Under the pieces are notes generated by a model. The model worked only from the letters and a program-made list of their open reading frames with translations, had not been told where the DNA came from and made no database searches. From Tubiluchus corallicola (Eukaryota; Animalia; Priapulida), in the NCBI GenBank assembly GCA_030141605.1, contig JAQGDQ010000069.1, positions 253,126-317,125 of the forward strand: a DNA stretch of 64,000 bases, read 5' to 3'. This document shows, one piece after another, positions 28,601 to 40,970 of the stretch. A program made the translations under genes and the position numbers. How positions within the stretch are numbered: the stretch's first letter is position 1; each line of letters opens with the position of its first letter.

Positions 28601-31600
28601 CAAAGTTGAGCAACACAAGAGGTCAATCACTGTATAAGTGAGTCAGTCACCGTCTTCAGTATTTACTCTGGACAGTTTCATTCCTCATAATGATTCTGGT
28701 TGTTTTCCTCGTTGAGGGAGGTGTACGTATGTCTGAACGTGGCTAAGACACCTGTGCCAGTTCATTGCCTCACCTTAGAAAGTTATCCTTCGTTATGAGC
28801 CAAGCACCAATACAGCTATTACTGTCAACATTGAGTACATTATATCGGTGAATGCTGACTTACCGCTTACAATGTGTTACATGGCATAAAAAATGACAAG
28901 TTATGCAGTTATTCACTTTGCAGCCAGTTAATTGACGAGATAATCACATATCACAAGGCGTTAAACTTGACACCAGGAAGCAGCTGGATTACTATTTCAG
29001 CAAAAAGCTCATTGTATTATCTTGAGCAGTGTCATGTGACCATGTACAAACTTGCTGATAGGCATATGCATAATAGAGGGATAACTGTACAGCAAGGTAT
29101 GTTTTCTTAGCAGGAATGGCTTTCACAAACCAGAGTGTGGTATTCTCTTCACCACAGTTCAGTGTTACATTAGATTCAAATAGTTCTGTGAGTTAATGAG
29201 GATATGTTGAATCATCAGCTCTATAAAAATTTGATATGATTAATTTCAATTGAAATTATTAATTGAAACAACCAAAAAAGCTGTTTGACATAGTCATGCC
29301 TCCTAGATTAATTTCGTTTAGCACAAGCTTACTGTTCCGCTTGGTTTTCTTTGCGTTCAGCATCAAGTGCAGCTTCTAGACCAGAGATAGTAATCCGCAG
29401 CGAGTCGATCAGGTTATCATCATGACGTTGTAATTTCCTCATCTCTTCTCTACACAGCATGAGTTTTTCCTCTGCTTCTCCCTCTCTGAATATAATTCAA
29501 TTAACCTCAATCACCTATGTTAATCATTAGAAAAATAGTGCAAAGACTGAATGTCTGTACATGAATAACAACAACTACCAGCTTCTTTGGGACCTCAACT
29601 ACTAGTTATTCCAGATATTTAACTAACTAGCTACTTCGAATAAGCCAAATAGATTGTCTTCTAGAAATAAATTTATTAAACCTTTTTTCAAATTGTGGCT
29701 ACCAAAGACACTCAGAGTGATAGGTATTATGGCCGGTCATCAATACTACCAACTACCACTACATCACCATCGTCATTATCATCATCATCATCAACATCAT
29801 TATCATCATCATCAACATCATCATCACCATCATCATCGTCGTCGTCATCATCATCATCATCATCGTCGTCGTCAACATCATTATCATCATCATCGTCAAC
29901 ATCATTATCATCATCATCACCATCATCCTTGTTTGCATGCAGGAATTTATATATTACTCATCTAGAAATGCTAATCTGCACATGCCAATGAGTATATTCC
30001 GACCGTGAACGTTTTTAGTTTGAATATGATTCGAATCTAAAATCATAGATTCAAATAATTCAGCACTTCAGCCACATACGTTCTTATCATTAAAATGTTT
30101 GAAACAGCATGCAAATTGGCACAATTTAGCTGCAGTTTGTGTGCAAAGTTTTTAACAAACTAAGAGTAGTTCAATTGCAGAACAAAATCAAGTAATCTGC
30201 ATGACCTTTGTAAGTCCATCTTTTACTACTGGTTCGAAAACTTGTTCAAAAATCGTTCAAACTCAATTCGATTCGGATTTGAAATACTGAAATTTGGTTC
30301 GATTCGATTTCTGGTAGAGAATAGAGAATGCTCAACCCTACCGTGCATAACTGGTATGTACCAATGTAGACTAATTTCTGCATGCTCACCTGCTAGCTGT
30401 GTACTCTGCACATACTGATTTCGACATCTCTACGTATGCTAAGATTTATAAGCTCATTGTATTGACTTGTTTACCTGGTCATGCTGACTTTCACATCAAA
30501 CTGCAGCTTCTTTTTGTTTTCTTCCAAATCCTTCACTTCTTGTACAAGTGACGTAATCTGTGCCATCAACCGTGAACGATCATCATCCTGAAACGGCAAA
30601 ACCAAAATACTCAAATCACAAGGCAATAAACAAGCTTGCTAAAAGTGTTCATCCATTACAAAGTTTTTTCAACTGCACCCAAAAAATATCCATAAAAGTT
30701 ACAACTCTAATAAAATTTACCTAAGCACAGCCTATTAATAATTCAAAAAGGTACTTTTGAATTATTTTTAATTACTTTGTAATACATCGAGTTTAAATTT
30801 TAAGGAGCTTGCATTTTGTCAGTTAAACATGCAAATAAGTAAGTTTATAAATACTAAAAATCTTTACAAAAAAAACTATTGGTTTGTAGAGCAAAAGCTT
30901 GTGATAAAAAGATTGTAAATTATAAATACTACAAATCTTGAAAGTTATAACCTGTAAGTTACAAATAATACAAATCTTTACAAAAACAACTATGACAATT
31001 ATTGATTTGTAAAGCAAAAGCTAGTGACACAAAATGGTATAAAGCTCATGCTTAAATTGACAAACAAAAAATTAAAAGAAATGCAATACCTGAAAAACAC
31101 GGTGATAAATTACTACTTGGTCAAGGAGGAGGAAGAAAATACCAATAAGGTTGTTATGGTAACAAGTACGACAGCAAAATGAGGATTACAAGTAGAAGTA
31201 CAATAGGCATGTCTCCTTTGTGCGAAGTGGAACATGAGGATCTGCACTAAAATGTCAAATACATTTACACACATTCAGACATTCACACAGAAATAAAACA
31301 AAGAAACGTGGACCAAATGTGGGTGCAATGGAGTCATACCATGTGAGAGGCAGACGTCATAGCTGGATCTTGAACTTCTGCTTGGCCACTGAAAGGCAAA
31401 GACTGTACAACCTCGAAACCTTGGGCCTGTGCCTCCACATTGTTTTGTTTTCCCTCTATTCTCCATAGTGCATCATTCAGTTTCGCATTTTCCACGATGG
31501 CTTTTTGCCTCTCTCGTGTCAGTCTTGCAATAGTGACTTGTTGTTCTAGGACTGTGTCTTTTAGTTTTTCCACTTCCTCCAAGTTCTCTTTCTCATGAGC

Positions 31601-33712
31601 ACCTTCAAAGGGCTTTACAAAAAAATGAATAAATGTGTGACTAAAGTAAACACTTAGAGACAATTTCTACCATAGCAATTAATATTTGTAAACAAAGACT
31701 GTAGTAATACATATCGTACCTTTTACATATGCACAATATTACAAAATAACGAGCACGGTTATTAGTATATAGTATGTCCAAAAGCCTAAACGTGAATGTT
31801 TTTCCTCTTGATCTTAATCTTGCACTTCACATAGCAATTGAATGCTTTCAGTTTAATGGTAATTACAAATAAAAGTTTCACATCTTCACTGCACAAAATG
31901 TTCCATATTCATCATAAAGGCAAACAGATTACATCATAAATACCCGAGTTTGACTCTGAAGCACTTTTATCTCTGCTTCTCGTTCTTGCACAAGACTGGA
32001 TAATTTCTTGTTTTCTGTCTTTAAACTAAAATGGGTAAGCAAACATGAGTAATTCATGAAATGTCCCTTTTCTGACAATAGAAATTACTGACTCTGTATA
32101 CTGTATCATGAACATATTCAAAATATCATGAAATCAGAATGAACACTCAAAAGTTACATTTACAACATCTTTTAAATTTTAAAGTTTTTCTACGGTGCCC
32201 TTGTTAATAAGAAAATGGCCTTGAATTGTTATCCACAAACCTGTGGCTCTAGTCTGCTATCCTAAACTTGAAACATCTTTTAAATTTTAAAGTTTTTCTA
32301 CGGTGCCCTTGTTAATAAGAAAATGGTCTTAAATTGTTATCCACAAAGCTGTGGCTCTAGTCTGCTGTCCATGACTTGAATGACTAATTTTACATAGTTA
32401 AAATCAATCTACTTATTGAGAGCCATAAAATGATATATGTTACAAATGTATAATGTACAGATCACATTGTAAACCTCACCCTACTCCTAAAACGTTACAA
32501 TGTGAAAACAGCTTGGAACTGTTTAGAATGTATTAAACTGTTAAGAATATTAATAAGTCCCCAGTAAAATCTCACAAGGCCTCTCTGTTTCACAAAAACA
32601 ATATACAATGATCACTGCAACTAGCAAAGTTGTAAAATGAGGTTCCTTTTACATAACTACTAAAATGCAGTCCATGCAGATATCATAACACCACAAATAA
32701 ACTTAAAATCTATATTTCATGAAGCAGAAGAAACAACTGAATTTAAATCATGAGAGAAACTGAAACTGTTTATGAGAAGACTTACTTCAGCACACAAGTC
32801 CTAGCTTGTTCAAACATTTTCTTGTTTTGTTCATAATTTGCAGAAGTTTGGTCTTTCCATGTTACCAAGGACTCCATCTGCTGTCGCATTAATTTAGTGT
32901 TCTCCATAACAGCTTCTACGAGTGTATAACATTTAAATAACAACAATTTAGCTAAAATAAAGTTATATTTGTTGCTGTTTGCTTACAAATATATAATGCA
33001 ACAGTAGTATTATGCCAACCATCTTTTTAAGGTATTAGCATTTCAGTTATATTTAAGTCAGTTACATTTATACAGAACATAAAAGTCGTCCATGACTCCT
33101 AGATAATTGTAACTAATAACTGCAATTATAAGATCAAGAAATGCTTAGGAAATTGAAACCTTGGAAAATTTAGTTGGATCATAATCACTACTCTAGTGCA
33201 TGGTTTGCTATGTTTCAACCAACACCATGCTGAAAAGCAGCACACAGTTTTTTGGTAATGCTAATACAGAATACCTAAGTTGGAATCCTAGAAGTGGAGA
33301 ATGACAATTAGGCTTTTAACTTGTTAACGTTCAACCAGTTACAAATTAAAATAGATTTAATTAGATACATGCAATTTTTGGCATGGGTGAAAAAGATTGC
33401 ATAATGCTATTGAAAGCAAAAGTGTTGCAGTTTTAGTACAGAATAATCAGAACACTCAGACATTTGCAAAATTTGCAGTGAGTTGTCACTTAACATGAAG
33501 AAAGGATTTTGTACGTCACCTTTTAGCTGGTGGTTTTCAACGAGCACCTCCTGAAGCCTCTGTTGCAGTTCAGTAGATGACAATGATGATGACAGTGAAG
33601 CCAGGTCCATTCTTTCAAAATTTGCAAATGCTTCGTCCATGTTCATAAGTGGTGCAACGGACGGATGTGATAAGATACTAAAATCAGATATTCTAGGCTC
33701 CTCTTCACCCAT
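25611..33712 (-). CDS. Optineurin/NEMO (IKK-gamma) family protein, 10 coding exons, 555 aa
   Basis: Minus-strand exons 33712-33520, 32915-32786, 32025-31944, 31612-31340, 30587-30475, 29485-29333, 28112-27827, 27554-27399, 26212-26048 and 25727-25611; phases consistent, 1668 nt. Contains the N-terminal NEMO coiled coil (LQEVLVENHQLKEAVMEN), UBAN (IPVLKAQADLYQTDFNAERHAKE) and C-terminal CCHC finger (CPRCHWQFTGVAELEQHKREC). Confidence 0.9.
28310..28442. mobile_element. MITE (Merlin-like GG..CC ends) enclosing telomere-like TTAGGG repeats
   Basis: TIRs GGCAAAAGTTTACAATTCCCCACACA / TGTGTGGGGAATTGTAAACTTCTTCC. Flanks GCGAACTT / ACGAACTT form a 7/8 TSD. Interior TTAGGGCTAAAGTTAGGGTTAGGGTCAGGGAGAGGGTTAGGGTTA. 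Confidence 0.8.
29737..29927. repeat. Imperfect (CAT)n/(CGT)n microsatellite in an intron
   Basis: Long run of catcatcat with cgt/cac/caa variants; it produces the spurious His-rich and Ser-rich ORFs. Confidence 0.95.
29990..30340 (-). mobile_element. Second, inverted copy of the 8309-8549 hAT-like MITE family
   Basis: Shares ATAGATTC.AATAATT, CATACGTTC.TTATCATTAAAATGTTTGAAA and TTTCTGGTAGAGAAT..GCTCA.CCCTA with the reverse complement of 8309-8549. The left end is approximate. Confidence 0.75.
32164..32379. repeat. 108-bp tandem duplication in an intron
   Basis: AACATCTTTTAAATTTTAAAGTTTTTCTACGGTGCCCTTG...GTGGCTCTAGTCTGCT occurs at 32164 and again at 32272. Confidence 0.9.
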
Positions 33713-36700
33713 GAAAACAGTGTAAGCTAGCTTTGCCAAAATCACCTCTTTATAAACATGTCCTCCTGGAGGAATCTTTAAAATGTAATCAAACTCATAA
33801 TGCTAATCTAGATTTGGGACGAATACAGACAATGCTCGGCTAATAGGATATTTCAGGTACTCAGGTTTAATCAGCCCATTTTGCTGATGTACTTGTTCAT
33901 AATTACCAACTTTACTAACATGTTGATATAACTGCAAATTTACAAATGCATTACAAATAGATAGTCATGCTTTACTGCCAATGCCCGTTCATCAGCAAAG
34001 TAAAGTTTGTGCAAAATTTTCGTATGAGTCGCCAATAATCATGAATGCGCAAGTATGTGAGCAACAAATTTGAACGCTCATCCTGCTTCACTGCATAAAA
34101 GCTACGCACCTGTTAAAATGGTCTCCAGTAATGGTAAATCTTAACATTAAAAAAATTTAAAAAATTTACCAATTTAATAAAAATAAATAATTGGAGTTTA
34201 AAAATCAATGTATTACTGGATAATGACTTGATACATTATATTGAGTATACTTCAGTACTGAAAAATTATGAAAAACCCATGCAACAATTATTTCTGCTAT
34301 AAAGTACCTCCAGTTAATAAACAAAGAAAGAAAATGTCAAGTCAAAACACAACATTTCATTGGCTTTTACTGCAACTACAAAGCACAGATTATGTACACA
34401 TGGACATTGAATGTATTAAAAAAAATATGTGCTTGCTATCATTTAAAAACATGAAAAAGATGAGAACAAACATGCTTTCAGCAACAATCACCTTTTGTAG
34501 ACAATTGAAAACATGCATGGTTGGTGAAACAATTTCATAAGATAGTTAAGACCTGTTTAATTGTTTAATGCATAATGGACAAAAAATTAGTAGACAAAAT
34601 TTAATAGGACAAAAAAATACAAAATAAAGGTAATGCGAGAAGATTTCATATTTTTTACCTTAGCAACGGTATTGCTGAAAATTCTAGGCACTGAAACATT
34701 TAACGTGCAATAATGGAGTAATGGGCATGCGACTTCACCACCTGATCATATTAAAATAGTCACATTTTTCTAATTTGTCAAATAACATTGCTTCAATTTG
34801 AGTAAGCAAATTTCTGATTGAAAAACATAACATTGCCATAGAAGGATTTGCATGGTTCCAGACTATACTATAAGCACATTACTGGCAACTAGCCGAAGTT
34901 ACCATTCTGTCAATCATTGTTGGAAAATCACCTAATAATGTATGAAGCCAGAAAATGCATGCAGTCACTAATCATACTACTTATTGCCAAATTTTGTTGT
35001 AAAAAATTATAAACACTCGGGATATTTTTTGTCTTACCCATCTATCTATCTAGCTACATCCTACATCGCAAGCTATTGTGAAGTTAATTCCTTCACAGCA
35101 ACAAGCACCTTCAGCACAAGAGTTGCAAAAGTCTCAAACCTATCATAGTGAACAGGTAGGCCTCTTTAGTTATGATGCTCTGATGAAGTGCATGAAAAAC
35201 TATTTATAATGATAAAGTCTCATAAACAAGCTTGAAATGTTTGTTCCACGTATTCTATAGTTGGTAAATTTATAAAGTAATGCCCATTTCTGAATAAGTA
35301 ATTAAGAAAGCACAAATAACGAAATACTAGTATTATACTTCATGATAATAATGACATAACCACTAATAATGACGTTGTGGGTGAAGCTGCGTGGTTAACT
35401 GTATGAAAATCGTCGTACCAGCAATATAATGTAAAAGACGCTGCCATATAGCAAAATTGCTCGCAGCTACTACCATCTACTGGAAAAAAAGATGGAGCAA
35501 AAACCTACCCATAACTTGAACCAATCGCCAAAATATAAATTTTGTGTTCAGTTGCATAGTTTTGTTTACATTAACGTTAAAAAGCATAGAGCTACACACC
35601 AATAATGAGAGGAATTATTTAATACAAAATTCGCTAACATGCGTACGACGATAGCTATTTAGCGGCGAATGGTTAAGCTTCTTAGCGAAATTTGGGAACT
35701 GTAATGCAGAGATTGGCAAACAAATCTTAAGCTATGCCATTGGTTGTTCATGGCACTAACCCTTCGAAACTATGACACACTACCAGTACAGATTGCAAAG
35801 TAATTATCAAAACATCATCATTTCACACAAGTTGAAAATGAAAAGGGAAATCGTGTTATATTAGGCAGTTATATTGCAAATCAATAAAGAACACTATATG
35901 GAGCATTCTCGCTTGCTGGTATCACGGTGTATTGTGGTGCAACATACCGCCTCACCGCGTACAATGGTGCTATGTGCCGACCCACCGTATACCGCAAAAA
36001 ATAATATAATATATCGTAGAAGTAAAAATCAAGTATTACGTAATATATAAATTATTATATAAGCTATAAACAATTTTTGATGTCAGACAGTCACATACAG
36101 TTCCGTCACAGCCCTTTAACCAGCAATAAGGGATACCCTTATAACATTGCAGAACGAAAACCTCTAAAAAAATCACACTACAAAAATGCAGAAAACGGCA
36201 TTTCGTGGCACGCGTAAACTGAGTGTTTTGCTCCAGTTTATGAAAATTTAGTGAAATTAGTGGCGTATATAATTATTGTAAATAGCGTGAATCAACACCA
36301 TTTAAAAAGAATAGCCCCAATCGCAACCAATTTCTTCACAAGTAATGTGGATATAGTAGTCTTTAATGCTGTTCTATTCCCCACTTTTCAATCCTTAGTT
36401 CTTCATCCAGCTCAATTTCATTCAACTTCCAATAAAATCGTGAGTTTCATGTTAAACTTCTCGTTATTTCTCTGTGTTTTATCTTATTCAACCTTATTCT
36501 CATAATTTGCTTGTATCTTTTGAACTACTTCGTTTCATGTATTCTTGACAACCATATAATCGTTTTCAAAAAATCCCAGTTGATTAGTACCCCACTTGAT
36601 TTAAACCATCTTGTTTTTCTGTTTCTTTCTGCTGATACTTCTGCATTTACACTATGATTTTATCACCTTTTTATTTCACTTTCTATTATAAATAATCTGG

Positions 36701-37047
36701 GATGCCTGAATTATCTATTGGTCAAATATGAGACTGATAGTAGGTTTACTGCAGCGGATGAAATTAATCATAAATCTCAGTATCTGATAGATTATAATAA
36801 TTACGTCATTAATTGGAAATTGTGCTTTGAGCCAATTCAACATTATCTCGGCCTTGCTGTCTCCAGCTAGGCTGTTAAAGTTTGTTTGCAACTTTGCAGA
36901 CAGGTGATTTGACTCATCTGTGTCACTGTTACTGCTTATTGAGAGTCGTTTTATTCACAAATCACTTGCTGATTTACTCAAGGTGGAATAATATCTAATT
37001 CTCACTTTAATTGATGCTACCAGTTAAAGCTGCAGACGAGATCTTGC

Positions 37048-37397
37048 TAGTGTAGTTCCGATTATATCGGTTTCAGATAAAGCGGTTGCCGATTTTTGCA
37101 AAAAATGTGGTATTGGTATTGGTTTGGTATCAGTTTCCAGGAAAATAAAAAAATCGGTATTGGTTTAAAGGAATATCAGAAGATCAGTATTGTTTCGGAT
37201 CAGTTTTTTTAGGTTCAGAACAACACTGATCTCATTTATGCTTATTTCAATACATACTTTGAAGGTTTCCCGTTGTGTAATTAGTTGTTGATGCTAAACA
37301 ATAATCAATGATCGGTTAATCGGCATCAGTTTCGAGAAAACTCAAAAGATCAGTATTAATTTCGAATAGGTTTATTTTCGTGTTCAGAGCATCCCTG
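37048..37397. mobile_element. Degenerate hAT-like MITE with internal GGTATCGG/ATCAGT repeats
   Basis: TAGTG... left end and ...GCATCCCTG right end. Flanks GATCTTGC / GATCTTAA (6/8 match). Repeated ATCGGTATTGGTTT-like units inside. Confidence 0.5.
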
Positions 37398-37529
37398 GAT
37401 CTTAATGCCTAATGTGGTCATTGAGCAATTCCTACCTCGGTTTAATGAGATACAAGACCAATATTGGTTCACTCCTCATATGCTCATTATGCTGCAACTA
37501 AAAAAGAAATCAATACACAAATCCTAGTT

Positions 37530-38480
37530 AACCCAGCAAACCCAGGAGTAACAATTCTAGGTCAATTTGGCTAAGGCAACTTGACTACTGGCATTTCAGG
37601 CACTGCAGTATTTGTCCCTAGACAATTCGTCCCAGAATATTTGGCACTAAGACAAACTGACCCCAAGACAATTTACTGGAATGCTAATACTAATTCGGCC
37701 GAGAAAAATTCCGCCATAGGCTACTCGGTTATTTGGCAAACCACTCCAAAAATTTGCCTAAGTTAGTTTTCCCACAAAATTTGAAAACATTTTGCTTATA
37801 ATAGTAGGCATAAGAATTCTTTACCAGCATCAAATTTGAACATACAATACTCATTCCCAATGCTCATGGCAAAGACCTACTGGCTACTTGGGTTGCCATT
37901 CATCTTCTAGACCCCACATATATGGCTCCAACCAAGATGGCTGGGTGAATTTATCTGGACACTTGAGGATGATCATTTGGCGAGTTTATAATAATGATGA
38001 TGGTAGTGATGATGATAATGGCAATCAGAAAGTGATCATCACCAATCAGCATACAATCATCACCATCATTATCACCACCACAACCATCGATCATTTGCTA
38101 GCAATAGTCATAATAATCCATCTAGCCATCTAGGTTGGAATGGCGTAGGTCGATCTATTATAGGGTATAGGACCAATTTAGTACGACCTATGTAGTCAGT
38201 AGGTCTCTGCCTTAAGTTTGGTTACTTCCCCACTTTGGCGAAAAATTAATCTAGGTAAATTTTTTGAAACTGGAAATCCTGGGACAGAATTGTACAGGAG
38301 CCAAATTGTTCTGACGTTGAATCGTGCTGGGGACAACCTGTCCACGTCATACAGCCAAGCTGTACTGAAGCCAAATACACTGTGGCTGAATTGTTGTTTA
38401 GCGGGTTAAGAGAGGTTGTCTGAGAGATCAGAACAAGCAAATTCCTCTACCCAGTATTCTGCAAAATAGTGGCAGCTAAC
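37530..38480. mobile_element. Foldback-like element with inverted arrays of short repeats
   Basis: The left arm has ~15-bp units such as GACAATTCGTCCC and the right arm has inverse units GGGACAGAATTGT/GGGGACAACCTGTC. Inner IR CCAACCAAGATGGCTGGGTG (~37928) vs CATCTAGCCATCTAGGTTGG (~38119). Centre is (GAT)n followed by (CAT)n. Ends are approximate. Confidence 0.5.
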
Positions 38481-38779
38481 TCACTTTGCAGCTACCCCTA
38501 TTATTTTGGCTAATTCTGTGGTTTTTGTTTTGGTAGCCATTGTGTAAGGAACCCAAGACTAGGTTAGATCATATACTCAATCTCTAAACAACTTTTTTGT
38601 GGCACTTGCACAAATGATTGTAATAATTATTTTGCTACATTATATACAAATACATAGAGCAAAAACATAGGGAACTTCCTTTAACACGTAGTCTTTTCAG
38701 CACCACTTAGCTACATTTTGAACTAAAATTATTCAGACATGACTGGCGACTCATGGGCAAATAATATTGTGAAACCATG

Positions 38780-38915
38780 CTGGCGCAGGAGCGGTTAATA
38801 GCACCCGCGGCGAAAGCGTTTCTTGCGATCACGTGATAACAATTTTGCTTGCTGATTAGTTGCTTCTTTACTCGAGCTCTGACGTCATCTAAGGTGACGA
38901 AGTGAGCGGCCATTT
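38780..38915 (+). promoter_or_regulatory. CpG-rich putative promoter of the NRF1-domain gene
   Basis: Local CpG enrichment with E-box TCACGTGA 38829-38836, CRE TGACGTCA 38880-38887 and YY1-like GCGGCCATTT ~38906. Candidate donors lie just downstream. Confidence 0.45.
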
Positions 38916-39289
38916 ATTTTTAATGTGTGAATTTTTTTAGTAGACGCTTATTTTAATTAATTCAAAGAAGTTTTTGAAGATTTCAATTTTATTCGGTAAA
39001 TCAAAGCAACAACAACTCTTAGGCTGAGTATCGAATATAATGATTAATGTAATCTTGTAGTGGTGGGTGTACGAAGAAAATCGATCATTTGTGATCTAGT
39101 TTTCTGGCTACTTTAGACATACTTCAAACCATTTTATTGACAGACTTAATGATAATTACGAACGAAAACACATTTCAATAAATTAGGATTGCTTTTATAA
39201 CTATTACGGAAACTTTTGCCATTGAAACTTGGACAATGCACTAAACTACTGAACTGATAAACAGATGCGTTTTTAAAGATTTTTCCTTG

Positions 39290-39514
39290 AGCTCCTTGAT
39301 TCCTAAAGCTCAATGTACAAGAGGGTTCATATTTCTTTATAACTTCAAACAGATAGCTCGGAGCCTTTTCATGCAGACATTTGTATATTAAAACTGCAAT
39401 TTTGAATACTGCAATTCTCAAGGACACTGGCAGCCAGTGTAACAAATCCAATATTGTGATTATGAGATCAAATTTGTGTGTTTTTGTCACCATTCTCGCT
39501 GTACTATTTTGCAC
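39290..39514 (-). mobile_element. L2-type LINE C-terminal remnant
   Basis: QNSTARMVT...LHWLPVSLRI..FKIAVLIYKCLHEKAPSYL matches the L2 motif QN.AAR...LHWLP...RI.FK....YK.....AP.YL. Confidence 0.7.
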
Positions 39515-40970
39515 AGATGCAGTTTTTTTTTATATCCTGCTGTGCACATTCATACAACAACACATTGCAGTAATTTATATTCAAGAAAACCAAAAAAAAA
39601 TGTGCCAAAGAGTTTGTGCTTCATAATTTAAATGTTTGCATAGCTGTCTTATTTTAGTGAATTGAAAATGTGTTTTTTTTTACAAACTTTATTAATATGT
39701 TGCGTCACTGACATTACTATCCATAATAACTTTTCATTTTACTATGCAGTCACTTGGCTTAACGTGACTATTTCCAACATTAAGTTTCAAGTTATCAAAA
39801 ATTTACACTGGCTTGTTGCCATTTGTGAGCATTAACTAGTTTTAGGTTTTAACAACTAAAAGAACCAACAGATCTAGATCTAGATGTGGTTCCTACAAGT
39901 TAGTGTCTTGCTAAGTTCTCATCACATTTTCAGTTTACTACAAAACCAAGCATAAAAGTTCATCTAAGAAAGTTTTTCAGGTTTGATAATTTATTGACTA
40001 GAATCAGGGATTACACAAAATTTTCACATTACTTTATCTTTTCCTAACTTTGGATTCCACTACTCTTTGGAATTAGGTGTCAAATTTTGGCCAGTTTAAC
40101 AAACTTGGTAGTCAATGTTCATGTTAGACTATATTGTGAATTTTTCTCTTGTAGTATTTTTCAGTTGGATGTCAAAGTCAGACTAAATTTCCTGTAAGAG
40201 TGCTTCATCAATATGTAGCAAGACAAGAGAACAATACAGGGGCAATACACATATTGTTACTGTTTTATAGTAGCAATTCTAGATTGGGGTTCTTTAGATT
40301 AGGTTTATGTGTTCCTTGTACCACGGCCTGGGACAAATAAATCTTTCACTTCCTATACGCCGAATAAAAAACTAAGCACCCACAGTATAAATCAATCGAA
40401 GCTGCCATGTGAGATTATTCTAATATTACCAGATGTGTATAGTGATTTCAGATACAGTGTAGTGTTTTTTGATACTGTGATCCAGCACTTAACAGCAAGG
40501 TTTATTCAATGTGGATGGTTGTAGCAGGCACGGAACTTAGGAATATCTCCTTTTAAAGGACAATTCTTTAGGAAAGTAGACAGGCAGAGGATATTCAGCC
40601 ACATTTCTTGTGGATATATATATCCTTTTAAGGGTAACGATGTAGTAAGAGAAATATGGCAGATGGAACCACACAGAGCAAGTTACTTAACCTGGTTGGT
40701 CACCTGTGCATTGTCTGATCGAGCACGATATTGCTTGCTAAGCCCTTGCTAAAAAGTGGTTTGATCTTGTTCCTGATCTGTGTGCATGTTATTCAATTTT
40801 TTGCTCGGCACTAAGGGAAATGACGTATGCATTTTCAATAGTGGTGGTTGAATTTTGATACATACATTCTGCACATTGTTACATAGTAATGCTTTAATGG
40901 TGTCATAAGTGAACTAATTCTTATAATTTATTTTTTCATCTTGTTTAATCTTATTCCTAGAGCTTTGAAA

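Noticed and set aside
29654-29991. His-rich and Ser-rich ORFs
   Set aside because: They are translations of a (CAT)n microsatellite inside an intron of the minus-strand gene.
37560-37770. Short spaced repeats as a CRISPR-like array
   Set aside because: The units are degenerate and abutting with no unique spacers, and the context is eukaryotic with no cas genes.
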